Assembly (NCBI GenBank): GCA_035285125.1
Contig: JAYKHR010000045.1
Coordinates: 214,691 to 278,690 of the forward strand
Length of the DNA stretch: 64,000 bases
From: Candidatus Sericytochromatia bacterium
GTDB taxonomy: Bacteria > Cyanobacteriota > Sericytochromatia > S15B-MN24 > JAQBPE01
Direction: 5' to 3'
Shown: one piece after another, positions 17,218-26,161 of the stretch
Numbering within the stretch: the stretch's first letter is position 1
Layout: the number at the start of each line of letters is the position of its first letter
Program-made: the position numbers and the translations under genes
Notes under the pieces: model-generated
The model's database searches: none
What the model saw: the letters and a program-made list of their open reading frames with translations, nothing else
Told to the model about the DNA's origin: nothing

Positions 17218-18567
17218 ATGGACATCGCCATCATCGGGAGCGGCTACGTCGGCCTCGTGACCGGCGCCTGCTTCGCGCACCTGGGGCATCGCGTCGTGTG
17301 CGTGGACAACCAGGTCGCGAAGGTCGAGAAGCTCAAGGCGGGGCAGATGCCCATCTACGAGCCAGGTCTCGACGTGCTGGTGCGCACGAACGTGGCGGAG
17401 GGGCGGCTCCACTTCACGACGGACATCGCCGAGGCCACGGCGTGCTCTGAGGCCATCTTCATCTGCGTCGGCACCCCGCCCAAACCGAACGGCGAGGCGG
17501 ACCTGTCAGCCTTCGAGCACGTGGCGCGGGCGATGGCGCCGGCCATGAACGGCTACAAGCTCATCGTCGAGAAGAGCACGGTGCCGGTGCGCACGGGGGA
17601 GTGGCTGGCCGAGCTGTTCCGCAGCCACCTGCCCGCCGGTGCCGACTTCGACATCGCCAGCAACCCAGAGTTCTTGCGGGAGGGGTCGGCCATCCGGGAC
17701 TTCCTGGAGTCCGACCGCGTGGTAATCGGCGTCAACTCGGACCGGGCCGCCTCCCTGCTCATCAAGCTGTACACCCCGCTGAATGCCCCGATCCTCGTGA
17801 CGGACCTCAATAGCGCAGAGCTCATCAAGCACGCCTCCAACGCGTTCCTTGCCATGAAGATCAGCTTCATCAACGCCGTGGCCCAAATTTGCGAGCGCAC
17901 CGGGGCCGACATCACGAAGGTGGCAAAGGGTGTGGGCCTCGACAAGCGCATCGGGGAGCAGTTCCTGCGGGCCGGCGTGGGCTATGGCGGGGCGTGCTTC
18001 CCCAAGGACGTGGCGGCCTTCATCTCCATCGCCGAGAAGCACGGCTACGACTTCGAGCTGCTGAGGGCCGTGGAGCGCATCAACGCGGACCAGCGCCGCC
18101 ACTTGGCCCACAAGGTGACTGGTGCGCTGGGCGACGACCTCGTCGGCAAGGTTGTCGGCGTGCTCGGCCTGGCCTTCAAGCCCAACACCGACGACATGCG
18201 CGGGGCCCCCAGCGCGGAGATCATTCCCTGGCTGCAGGCGCGCGGCGCGGTGGTGCGGGTGTACGACCCCGTGGCGCACGAGACGGCTCGCGAGGTCCTG
18301 GCGGACGTCACCTTCGTCGAGCACCCCTACGCCGCGGCGGAGGGGGCCGACTGCCTCCTGTTGCTGACGGAGTGGGCCGAGTTCCAGGGCCTGAACCTGC
18401 CTTACCTCAAGACGCTGATGCGTAGCCCGATCGTGGTCGATGGCCGCAACGTCTTCGAGCCCGGCAAGATGGCTTCGCTCGGGTTCATGTACGACTCCGT
18501 GGGTCGGCCGGCCGCCGAGCAGCGGTCCGAGGTCGCCGCTGAGGCCAACCCCAGCCGCGTGGGGTGA
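17218..18567 (+). CDS. ugd: UDP-glucose 6-dehydrogenase
   Basis: GSGYVG, ICVGTP, EKSTVP, NPEFLREG, GYGGACFPKD, LAFKPNTDDMR. Confidence 0.95.
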   Translation: MDIAIIGSGYVGLVTGACFAHLGHRVVCVDNQVAKVEKLKAGQMPIYEPGLDVLVRTNVAEGRLHFTTDIAEATACSEAIFICVGTPPKPNGEADLSAFEHVARAMAPAMNGYKLIVEKSTVPVRTGEWLAELFRSHLPAGADFDIASNPEFLREGSAIRDFLESDRVVIGVNSDRAASLLIKLYTPLNAPILVTDLNSAELIKHASNAFLAMKISFINAVAQICERTGADITKVAKGVGLDKRIGEQFLRAGVGYGGACFPKDVAAFISIAEKHGYDFELLRAVERINADQRRHLAHKVTGALGDDLVGKVVGVLGLAFKPNTDDMRGAPSAEIIPWLQARGAVVRVYDPVAHETAREVLADVTFVEHPYAAAEGADCLLLLTEWAEFQGLNLPYLKTLMRSPIVVDGRNVFEPGKMASLGFMYDSVGRPAAEQRSEVAAEANPSRVG

Positions 18568-18573
18568 CGCGCG

Positions 18574-19362
18574 ATGTCTTCCTCGTGGCGCGCCCCTGAC
18601 GGCGCCGAGATTGCGTGGGCTTCCTGGGGGGAGGACGGCGAGCCTGTGCTCCTGCTGCACGGGGCGCTGTCCACGGCAGAGCAGAACTACAGGCTGGTGT
18701 TGGGGCCGCTGTCGGCCCGTCACCGGCTGATCGGGGTGGACCTGCGGGGGCATGGCGCCAGCAGCAACCCCGGGGGGCGCTTCGAGCTCGACATGCTGCG
18801 GGACGATGTGCTCGGCGTGCTGGATGCCCTGGGGCTCGGGCGCGTCCACGTCCTCGGCACCTCGCTCGGGGGCTATGTGGCGCTCGCGCTTCGCGCTGCC
18901 GCGCCGGAGCGGGTGGCCACCCTGGCCCTCGCGGGCGTCCGGCCGGGCTGGACCCGGGACCACGCCGCGGGCCGGCAGGAGTTCTTCCAGCCCGACGCGA
19001 TCCTCCGGGCCTACCCGCACTGGGACCGCTACCTGGCGGAGCTCCACGGCCGCCACCACGGCCCGGACCACTGGCGGGGGCTGGCCCGGCAGGTCGGTAC
19101 CCTCCTGGAGGGCCTGCCCGAGACGCCGGCCGTGGGCTGGGACGCCCTGGAGGCCGAGGGGGAGCGCCTGCCCCTGCTCTTCGTCGTGGGCGACCGTGAC
19201 GAGCTCGTGCCGCTCGAAGCCTGCGTGGAGGTCCGGGCCAGGCGGCCGGACGCCCAGATCCTGGTTGTGCCACGGGCCGGGCACCTGTTCCGCGAGTACG
19301 AGCCCACGGTGTTCTCAGCGGCCTACGCGGCCTTCCTGCGCCGCCACCGACTGACGACCTGA
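18574..19362 (+). CDS. alpha/beta hydrolase
   Basis: LLLHG, DLRGHGAS, GTSLGG nucleophile elbow, GDRD, AGH. Confidence 0.9.
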   Translation: MSSSWRAPDGAEIAWASWGEDGEPVLLLHGALSTAEQNYRLVLGPLSARHRLIGVDLRGHGASSNPGGRFELDMLRDDVLGVLDALGLGRVHVLGTSLGGYVALALRAAAPERVATLALAGVRPGWTRDHAAGRQEFFQPDAILRAYPHWDRYLAELHGRHHGPDHWRGLARQVGTLLEGLPETPAVGWDALEAEGERLPLLFVVGDRDELVPLEACVEVRARRPDAQILVVPRAGHLFREYEPTVFSAAYAAFLRRHRLTT

Positions 19363-19458
19363 GGCTGCCGGCATGTGTACCGCGGCCTCAAGTCGTCAGG
19401 GTGATGCAGGTCTTGCCGGGCGCCGCCGGCTGCCGGCGGGCGCCCTTCGGTTCAGGGC

Positions 19459-20841
19459 TCAGTAACCCTCTGCCGTGAGCAGCTGGTCGACAGCCTCGAG
19501 GGTCTCGCGGCAGTCCTTGTCGTCGTTGCCGTCCGGGCTCTCGGCGCGCTTGAGCGCGCCGGCCAGCAGGCTGCGGGCGTCTGCCAGCTTCGTCCGGGTG
19601 ACGGACTCCTTGCCACCGTATGCCAGCAGGTTGAACAGCTGCTCCAGCTTGTCCTCGGTGTCCTGGTCGAAGCCCCGCTGGTTGAGGTTATCCGGGTCGC
19701 GCTTGCCCACGTGGTCGGTGTACTGCCCGTAGAGCTTTTGCAGCTCGCTGCGGAAGCGCGCCCCGAGCGTGGCCGTGGCCCCGCTGGCCGAGGCCACCCG
19801 GGCAGGCGTGCCGCCCGCGGTCTTCACCGCAGCGGGTCGCGCCGGCGTGGGGAACGGGGCGGGGGCATCGTGGTGGTCGTCGTCTCCGTGACCTGCCGAA
19901 GGGGCTGCGGTCTTGGCGTGGGTGTCGCCGTGGGCCGCGCCGTGGGCTGCGCCGTGGGCTGCGGTCTTGGCGTGGGCGTCGCCGTGGGCTGCGCCGTGGG
20001 CTGCGGTCTTGGCGTGGGCGTCGCCGTGGGCCGCGCCGTGGGCTGCGGGCTTGGCGTGGGCGTCGCCGTGGGCCGCGCCGTGGGCCGCGCCGTGGGCTGC
20101 GGGCTTGGCGTGGGCGTCGCCGTGGGCTGCGCCGTGGGCTGCGCCGTGGGCTGCGGGCTTGGCGTGGGCGTCGCCGTGGGCCGCGCCGTGGCTGGCTGGC
20201 TTGGCGTGGGCTGCGCCGTGGGCTGCGGGCTTGGCGTGGGCGTCGCCGTGGGCCGCGCCGTGGCTGGCTGGCTTGGCGTGGGCGTCGCCGTGGGCTGCGC
20301 CGTGGCTGGCTGGCTTGGCGTGGGCGTCGCCGTGGGCGTCGCCGTGGGCTGCGCCGTGGGCGGCGGGCTTCGTGGGAAGGGCCCCCTGGCTCAACAAGCC
20401 GACGAGCGGCCCCAGGCGGTTCGTGCGGGCATACTCCAGGGGGCTGAGGCCGTTGCTGTCCTTGGCGTTGGGGTCCGCGCCGCTGGCGATCAGCACCTTC
20501 ACGACGGCAGGCTTCTTCCGCACGGTCGCGAGCAGCAGGGGGGTCCGGCCCACGTTGTCTCGCGCATCCACCGCAGCCCCACGGGCGAGGAGCGCCTTGC
20601 TCGTCAGCGGCCAGCCCGACTGGGCTGCCCAGTGCAGGGCGGTGTAGCCGTTCTCGTCCTGGGCTTCCACCGAGGCCCCCTGGTCCAGCAGGCTGGTCAC
20701 CTTGGGGAGCAGGCCGCCGTAGGCAGCCTCGATCAGCTCGTTCTCCTGGGGCGTCCGGGCCGGGGCAGCCCAGGCTCCCAGCGTCGAGGCGCTGCCCACC
20801 AGGATGGTGGCGGCGAGGCTGAGAAACATCTTGCGGGACAT
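19459..20841 (-). CDS. exported ankyrin-repeat protein with long His/Ala/Gly repeat
   Basis: SD GGAG; signal peptide ..AWA; ankyrin repeats GYTALHWAA, GRTPLLLA, GLSPLEYA; repeat tract; helical C-terminal domain. Confidence 0.85.
   Translation of the reverse strand: MSRKMFLSLAATILVGSASTLGAWAAPARTPQENELIEAAYGGLLPKVTSLLDQGASVEAQDENGYTALHWAAQSGWPLTSKALLARGAAVDARDNVGRTPLLLATVRKKPAVVKVLIASGADPNAKDSNGLSPLEYARTNRLGPLVGLLSQGALPTKPAAHGAAHGDAHGDAHAKPASHGAAHGDAHAKPASHGAAHGDAHAKPAAHGAAHAKPASHGAAHGDAHAKPAAHGAAHGAAHGDAHAKPAAHGAAHGAAHGDAHAKPAAHGAAHGDAHAKTAAHGAAHGDAHAKTAAHGAAHGAAHGDTHAKTAAPSAGHGDDDHHDAPAPFPTPARPAAVKTAGGTPARVASASGATATLGARFRSELQKLYGQYTDHVGKRDPDNLNQRGFDQDTEDKLEQLFNLLAYGGKESVTRTKLADARSLLAGALKRAESPDGNDDKDCRETLEAVDQLLTAEGY
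19915..20370 (-). repeat. coding tandem repeat: 10 units of K(P/T)A(A/S)H(GxAH)nA
   Basis: 12-bp subunits (e.g. gccgtgggctgc) in 30-54-bp higher-order units; 152 codons with 33 His. Confidence 0.95.
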
Positions 20842-20915
20842 GGAATCTCCTCGGAGGTGGGGCGCGTTACAGTATACCCGACCGGCTCCCCGACGCGGGG
20901 ACCGGCGCGGCCGCC

Positions 20916-21737
20916 TCAACCGGCGGGCGTTGGCGAGGGCGAGGGCGAGGCGGGGGGCTGTGGCGCTGTCGCCGCAACCGTCTCGGTGGGAGAGAGCGGG
21001 CCCGACGCCACCGCGGCAGGCTCTGCCGGCAGCGGGTAGACAGGATCGCCGTCGAGCAGCGTGAACCCTGAAAAGACGCGGTCGTACTCGCTGGCTGCCG
21101 CCGCGTAGCGAACCTCGGGCACCGAGAGCCGGACGATGTAGCCGCGGTTGCGGTGGGTCACCGCGCGCGTCACCATCCGCATCGCCAGCGTGCCGCCGGC
21201 GCGCGGCAGCCCCACCACCGACACCTGGTAGCCGGGCAGGCCAGCCAGCTTGGCCGGGCCCTCCACGAGCTCTGCCGCGTCCTGGAAGTTCTGCCGGGTG
21301 GTGAGGCGCGTCAGCTCCTCGAGGGAGGCCGCTGGCGGCGTGCCCGGGGTCAGCGGGCGGTTGATGGTGATCACCCGCAGCGACTCGGCCACCGAGCCCC
21401 CCTCCGCCACCGGGATCGACCGCCCGACGGAGATGCGCAGCGTCGAGAGCCCGCTAGGGTCTGTCTGATCGAGCAGCGGCTGGACCACGTCCTGGCCGGC
21501 CTCGTTGCGGGCCGCCGTCCCCATCATTCCCCAGTAGCCAGGGTACACGAGTTCGAAGTCCGGTGCCTTGTGGCTCTGGTCCTGCGGCGTCGGCGCGGCC
21601 TGGGCCGTGCGCTTCGCCTCGAAGTCGCGGCAGGCGTCCGTGAGGCACAGCCCCGTGGGCGGGGTCGCGAGCATGCAGCCGTGCAGGAGGCCGCCCGCCA
21701 GGGTCAGAAGCATCGCGGGGGTGTGGGTGCGTCGCAT
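20916..21737 (-). CDS. lipoprotein with PsbP/DcrB-like domain
   Basis: Lipobox LLHGC; FELVYPGYW, KLAGLPGY, RGYIVRLS, YDRVFSGFTL pattern. Confidence 0.65.
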   Translation of the reverse strand: MRRTHTPAMLLTLAGGLLHGCMLATPPTGLCLTDACRDFEAKRTAQAAPTPQDQSHKAPDFELVYPGYWGMMGTAARNEAGQDVVQPLLDQTDPSGLSTLRISVGRSIPVAEGGSVAESLRVITINRPLTPGTPPAASLEELTRLTTRQNFQDAAELVEGPAKLAGLPGYQVSVVGLPRAGGTLAMRMVTRAVTHRNRGYIVRLSVPEVRYAAAASEYDRVFSGFTLLDGDPVYPLPAEPAAVASGPLSPTETVAATAPQPPASPSPSPTPAG

Positions 21738-21760
21738 GGGGCCTCCTGCCGACCGGATGA

Positions 21761-22228
21761 TCACGGCGCCAACCGGGCCAGCACCTCTTCGGCGTGGATG
21801 TCCGTCTTGGGCTTCTTGAAGACGTGCCGCACGATGCCGTCCGCGCCGATCAGGAACGTCGTCCGCAGAATGCCGGTCACCGTCTTGCCGTACATCGACT
21901 TGGAGCCCCAGGTGCCATAGGCCTCTGCGACGGCGTGGTCCGGGTCGGCCAGCAGCGGAAACGGCAGAGCGTACTTGGTGGCGAACTTCTCGTGGGACGC
22001 CACGCCGTCCGGGCTGACGCCGAGCACCACCACCCCCTGGGCCTGCAGCGTCGCCCAGTGGTCGCGGAACGAGCACGCCTCCTTGGTGCAGCCGGGCGTG
22101 TCGTCCTTCGGATAGAAGTACAGCACCACGGTCTTGCCCCGCAGGGCCTCCAGGGAGACGGCCTCTCCCGTGTGTGCCGTGAGCGTGAAGGCCGGGGCCG
22201 CTTGCCCGGACTCGATCATGGGGGCCAT
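21761..22228 (-). CDS. bcp: peroxiredoxin BCP/PrxQ
   Basis: YFYPKDDTPGCTKEACSFRD; SD AGGAAGGAG. Confidence 0.95.
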   Translation of the reverse strand: MAPMIESGQAAPAFTLTAHTGEAVSLEALRGKTVVLYFYPKDDTPGCTKEACSFRDHWATLQAQGVVVLGVSPDGVASHEKFATKYALPFPLLADPDHAVAEAYGTWGSKSMYGKTVTGILRTTFLIGADGIVRHVFKKPKTDIHAEEVLARLAP

Positions 22229-22284
22229 TGGAGGGGCTCCTTCCTGAGGGGTCGGTCGCGCACCTGCGAGCGCGCCGCGACATT

Positions 22285-23601
22285 CTACCCCGTGCCGGCC
22301 TTGGGGGCGACCGGGGCGGGGCAGGCGCGGCCCTTCCATGGGACGCCCCCCTTGCGCCAAGCCTGCCGCGACATCAGCACGAGACCCAGCCAGGCGCCGG
22401 CCGCGAGCGGGGCGAGGGGCGCGGTCCAGGGGGCTCGCCCCAGCTGCACCACTTGCAAGGCCCGCCCGGCGATCGCCAGGAGGGTCTGGAGCAACCCGGC
22501 CGTGGCGAGCCCGGGCCAGCCGGCCAACCAGCCCACCAGGGCCGCCAGGGGAGGCAACACGTACAGCACGGCGACGGCGGCGAGAAGCCCGAAGCAGGGG
22601 CCATCCGAGCCCCCCAGCGCCGGGTACAGGCGCCGACGCAGTGCCTCCAGCACGGCCGGGGGACCGGCCAGCGGCCCTGTCACCGTGCCGGCGCCGGCAT
22701 CGCGCAGCAGCACCCGGCCCCCGGCGGCCTTGACGGCCCGGGTGAGGGCCAGCCCCGTCGCCGTGGCAGCGGGGGTGCCGGCGTGGCCTCCCGCGCGCAG
22801 GTAGCTGCCGCGTTCGACAAGGAGGCACCCGGCAAACGGCCAGGCCAGGCGGGGATCCGGATGGCTCTCCAGCAGCTCCAGGGGGGCCAGGGCCAGCAGC
22901 AGGTCCTGGTGAAGGGGCGAGGCCAGGGCTTGGAGGGGGGGCCCCGCCGCCTCGCGGGGGCACCAGGCCACCAGGGTGGCCGAGGCGTCCTCGGCAGCCG
23001 CCAGGGCGGCCTGCAAGGCGCCAGGGGCCAGCGTGACGTCGGCGTCCAGGAACACCAGCCAGCGCCCCCGCGCCTCCTCGTAGCCCCTCGCGCAGGCCCA
23101 AGCCTGGCCGGACCAGCCAGCCTCGGGCTCGGGGGTCGCGATCACCCGCACGCGGGGATCCTCGTCGGCCGCTGCCCGGGCGGCGTCGGCCGTGCCGTCG
23201 GTGGAGCCGTCGTCGATGATCAGCACCTCCACCTCGGGGAGATCCTGCGCCCGCACGCTCGCGATGCAGGCCCCGATGCCGGCCGCCTCGTCGCGGGCCG
23301 GGATCACCACCGAGATTTGCGGGGCGGGGGGGGCGTCACCCCGTGGCGGCTCCTGCCCGCCCAGCCCGGTGGCCAGCACCGGGGCTAGGCCTGGGTCCCC
23401 CGGCGCGGTGGCCTGCTCCAAGGCCGGGCCGCGTTCGACCCCGCCGCTGGCAGCCGCGGCGCTGTCGGGGGGCTCTGGGGCCGACCCCCCGCCGGGCTGC
23501 GGGGCCTGTCCCCGGAAGCGACGCAGGTTCCACACCGTCAAGACGAGGTGGGTGGTGCCCAGCAGTGGCCAGGCCATGGCAACCAAGGCAGTGAGTTGCA
23601 C
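22285..23601 (-). CDS. GT2 membrane glycosyltransferase (CrtQ/HpnB-like, lipid or carotenoid acceptor)
   Basis: SVVIPARDEA, IDDGSTDGT, GWSGQAWAC, FLDADV; N- and C-terminal TMs. Confidence 0.8.
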   Translation of the reverse strand: MQLTALVAMAWPLLGTTHLVLTVWNLRRFRGQAPQPGGGSAPEPPDSAAAASGGVERGPALEQATAPGDPGLAPVLATGLGGQEPPRGDAPPAPQISVVIPARDEAAGIGACIASVRAQDLPEVEVLIIDDGSTDGTADAARAAADEDPRVRVIATPEPEAGWSGQAWACARGYEEARGRWLVFLDADVTLAPGALQAALAAAEDASATLVAWCPREAAGPPLQALASPLHQDLLLALAPLELLESHPDPRLAWPFAGCLLVERGSYLRAGGHAGTPAATATGLALTRAVKAAGGRVLLRDAGAGTVTGPLAGPPAVLEALRRRLYPALGGSDGPCFGLLAAVAVLYVLPPLAALVGWLAGWPGLATAGLLQTLLAIAGRALQVVQLGRAPWTAPLAPLAAGAWLGLVLMSRQAWRKGGVPWKGRACPAPVAPKAGTG

Positions 23602-23724
23602 GGCACCTACGGGTGAGGTGGGGGGACGGCGGGCGCAGAACGCCCCGGTCCTGGCCAGATACCCGCCGCGCGGCCTTCCCTCTCGCCTGGCCCCGCGCGG
23701 GCCTGACTTGGGCCCGCCTGGGTC

Positions 23725-23753
23725 TTGAATTTTGCCATGGCCATCGATACTAT
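23725..23753 (+). promoter_or_regulatory. sigma70-type promoter of the mntR-tro operon (leaderless)
   Basis: TTGAAT-17 nt-TACTAT, 6 nt before ATG 23760; no SD. Confidence 0.75.
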
Positions 23754-23768
23754 TTAGGCATGCCTAAA
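23753..23768. promoter_or_regulatory. DtxR/MntR-family operator palindrome
   Basis: Perfect palindrome TTTAGGCA|TGCCTAAA centred on the regulator's ATG; TTAGG..CCTAA arms typical of DtxR-family boxes. Confidence 0.8.
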
Positions 23769-24479
23769 GAGCCACTCGTTCACACCAGCCTGCTGGGCGA
23801 CACCTCACCCGCCATCCAGGACTACATCAAGGCCATCTTCAAGCTCGAGGACGGCGGAGAGGTTCCCTCCACCACCGCCATCGCCGAGAAGCTGGGCTTC
23901 GCGCCAGCCTCGGTCTCCGGGATGCTCAAGAAGCTGGCGCGCGCCGGGTGGCTGACCCACCACCCCTACCAGGGGGTGCAGCTGACGGAGCCGGGCCGCC
24001 GCCTCGCGCTGGAGCTGATCCGGCACCATCGCCTGATCGAGCTGTACCTGATCAAGGCGCTCGGCTACACCTGGGACGAGGTCGATGCCGAGGCAGAGCG
24101 GCTCGAGCACGTCATCTCCGAGGCCATGGAGGACCGCATGGCCGCCTTCCTGAAAGAGCCCACCGAGGACCCGCACGGCGACCCCATCCCGGCCCGCGAT
24201 GGCTCGATGCCCTCCGTGCGCTGGACGCCCCTCTCGGCGATCGCCCCGGGCCAGGCCGTGCGCATCCGTCGCGTGAAGGACAGCGACCCGGCCCTGCTGC
24301 GCTACCTCGGGGGCCTCGGCATGTACCCCCACGCCGTGCTCGACGTTCTGGAGCGGGCCCCCTTCGACGGGCCCCTGACCATCCGCGTGCAGCCTGGCGA
24401 TGCCCGCCACGCCCTGGGTTCCCACGTCACGGACAGCGTGTTCGTCGAGTGCCTGAGCGCCCCGGAGGTGGCCCGATGA
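23760..24479 (+). CDS. mntR: DtxR/MntR (TroR/SirR-type) metal-dependent repressor with FeoA domain
   Basis: QDYIKAI, RHHRLIELYL, EAERLEH, DPHGDPIP. Confidence 0.9.
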   Translation: MPKEPLVHTSLLGDTSPAIQDYIKAIFKLEDGGEVPSTTAIAEKLGFAPASVSGMLKKLARAGWLTHHPYQGVQLTEPGRRLALELIRHHRLIELYLIKALGYTWDEVDAEAERLEHVISEAMEDRMAAFLKEPTEDPHGDPIPARDGSMPSVRWTPLSAIAPGQAVRIRRVKDSDPALLRYLGGLGMYPHAVLDVLERAPFDGPLTIRVQPGDARHALGSHVTDSVFVECLSAPEVAR

Positions 24480-25372
24480 GCCGCCGACGCCTGCTCGCGC
24501 TGGCCCTGTCCGGGCTCCTGGGCTCGGGCGCGTGCGCCGCCAGGCCAGCATCCGGGGGCGGGGCAATCCCCGTGGTGGCCACCACCACCATGGTGACGGA
24601 CCTCGTGCGGCACGTCGGTGGGCCGCGCGTCGCGGTGCACGGGCTGCTCGCGCCGGGCGGCGATCCCCACGTCTACCGGCCTGTGCCCGCCGACGCGGAG
24701 GCCGTCGCCGGGGCCCGGCTGGTCGTCCACAACGGCCTCCACCTCGAGCCCTGGCTGCCGGACCTGGCCCGCCAGGCCAGCCCCACCGTGCCCGTCGTCG
24801 CCGTGGCCGAGGCCATCCCGCACCGCCAGAGCCAGGCCGACCCCAAGGTGCCCGACCCCCACGTCTGGTTCGACGTGGCCCGCTGGCGGCGGACCGTCGG
24901 CGTCGTGGTGGGGGCCCTCACGCGGCTCGACCCGGCTGGTCTGGACACCTACGAGGCCAACGGCCGCCTGTATGACGCCCAGCTCGCGGCGCTGGACGCC
25001 TGGGTGCGGCGTCGACTCGCGGTGGTGCCGACCCCGCGGCGCCGCCTGGTCACGAGCCATGACGCCTTCGCCTACTTCGGCGAGGCCTACGGCTTTGAGG
25101 TCGTCGCCCTGCAGGGCGTCTCGACCGAGGCGGAGGCCAGCACGCAGGATGTCAGCCGGGCGCTCGCCATCCTCAAGGCGGGCGCGGTGCCCATGGTCTT
25201 TTTCGAGAGCTCCGTGAACCCCAAGCTCATCGAGGCGCTGGCCTCCCAGGGCCAAGTGCGTCTGGGGGGGCCCCTTTACAGTGACTCGACCGGGGTCCTC
25301 GAGGGCTCGGGTGGCAGCTACGTGGGGATGGTGCGGGACAACGTCACGCGCCTCGTGGAGGGGCTGCGATGA
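24476..25372 (+). CDS. Mn/Zn ABC transporter substrate-binding lipoprotein (TroA-like)
   Basis: Lipobox-like SGAC; DPHVY, DPHVWF, SHDAF, LYSDS (His3Asp); ATGA overlap. Confidence 0.92.
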   Translation: MSRRRLLALALSGLLGSGACAARPASGGGAIPVVATTTMVTDLVRHVGGPRVAVHGLLAPGGDPHVYRPVPADAEAVAGARLVVHNGLHLEPWLPDLARQASPTVPVVAVAEAIPHRQSQADPKVPDPHVWFDVARWRRTVGVVVGALTRLDPAGLDTYEANGRLYDAQLAALDAWVRRRLAVVPTPRRRLVTSHDAFAYFGEAYGFEVVALQGVSTEAEASTQDVSRALAILKAGAVPMVFFESSVNPKLIEALASQGQVRLGGPLYSDSTGVLEGSGGSYVGMVRDNVTRLVEGLR

Positions 25373-26151
25373 GCGAGCGCTGCCACGAGGGGCTCGGCGT
25401 CACGGGCCTGAGCGCCGGCTACCCCGGCCACCCCGTGCTGCGGGACGTCGCCTTCAGCCTGCCCCGGGGCACGCTGACGGGGGTGCTCGGGCCGAACGGG
25501 GCGGGCAAGAGCACCTTGCTGAAGGCCGTGCTGGGGCTCCTGCCCCACGCCTCGGGGGAGGTGCGGGTGCTCGGAGGGGGCCTCGCGGCCCGGCGGCGCG
25601 GTGTCGCCTACGTGCCGCAGCGCTCGGCCGTCGATTGGGACTTCCCCGCCACCGTGAAGGATGTCGTGATCATGGGCCGCCACGGCCACAGCCCCTGGTG
25701 GGCGCCCTGGCGGCGGTCGGACCACGCGGCGGCCGAGGCCGCGCTGGCCCGCGTCGACCTGAGCGCCCTGGCCGACCGCCGCATCGGGGACCTTTCCGGA
25801 GGCCAGCAGCAGCGGGTCTTCCTGGCGCGGGCGCTGGCCCAGGGGGCCGAGCTCTACCTGCTCGACGAGCCCTTCGCGGGCGTCGATGCCACGAGCGAGG
25901 CCCTGATCCTCGCGCAGCTCCAGGCCATCCGAGACGGCGGCGGGACGGTGGTCGTCGTCCACCACGACCTGCACACGGCCCGACAGGCCTTCGACCACCT
26001 GTTGCTGCTCAACCGGGGGGTCGTGGCCTGCGGGCCGACGGCCGAGGTCTACACGCCTGCGGCCCTGCAGGCGGCTTACGGCGGCCGGTTGCTCGTGTTC
26101 GACGCGGGGGCCGCCCAGGCGGCGCCCCAGCCGCTCGGACAGCCGTCCTGA
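25369..26151 (+). CDS. Mn/Zn ABC transporter ATP-binding protein
   Basis: GPNGAGKST, LSGGQQQR, LDEPF, VVHHDL. Confidence 0.95.
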   Translation: MSERCHEGLGVTGLSAGYPGHPVLRDVAFSLPRGTLTGVLGPNGAGKSTLLKAVLGLLPHASGEVRVLGGGLAARRRGVAYVPQRSAVDWDFPATVKDVVIMGRHGHSPWWAPWRRSDHAAAEAALARVDLSALADRRIGDLSGGQQQRVFLARALAQGAELYLLDEPFAGVDATSEALILAQLQAIRDGGGTVVVVHHDLHTARQAFDHLLLLNRGVVACGPTAEVYTPAALQAAYGGRLLVFDAGAAQAAPQPLGQPS

Positions 26152-26161
26152 GGGCCTCGTG

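Noticed and set aside
19915..20370. Possible CRISPR array
   Set aside because: Units are contiguous and in frame with no unique spacers; no cas genes nearby
19711..21039. Plus-strand ORFs with WAAP and VGVAVG repeats
   Set aside because: Antisense shadows of the stop-free His repeat; the minus frame has the SD, signal peptide and ankyrin motifs
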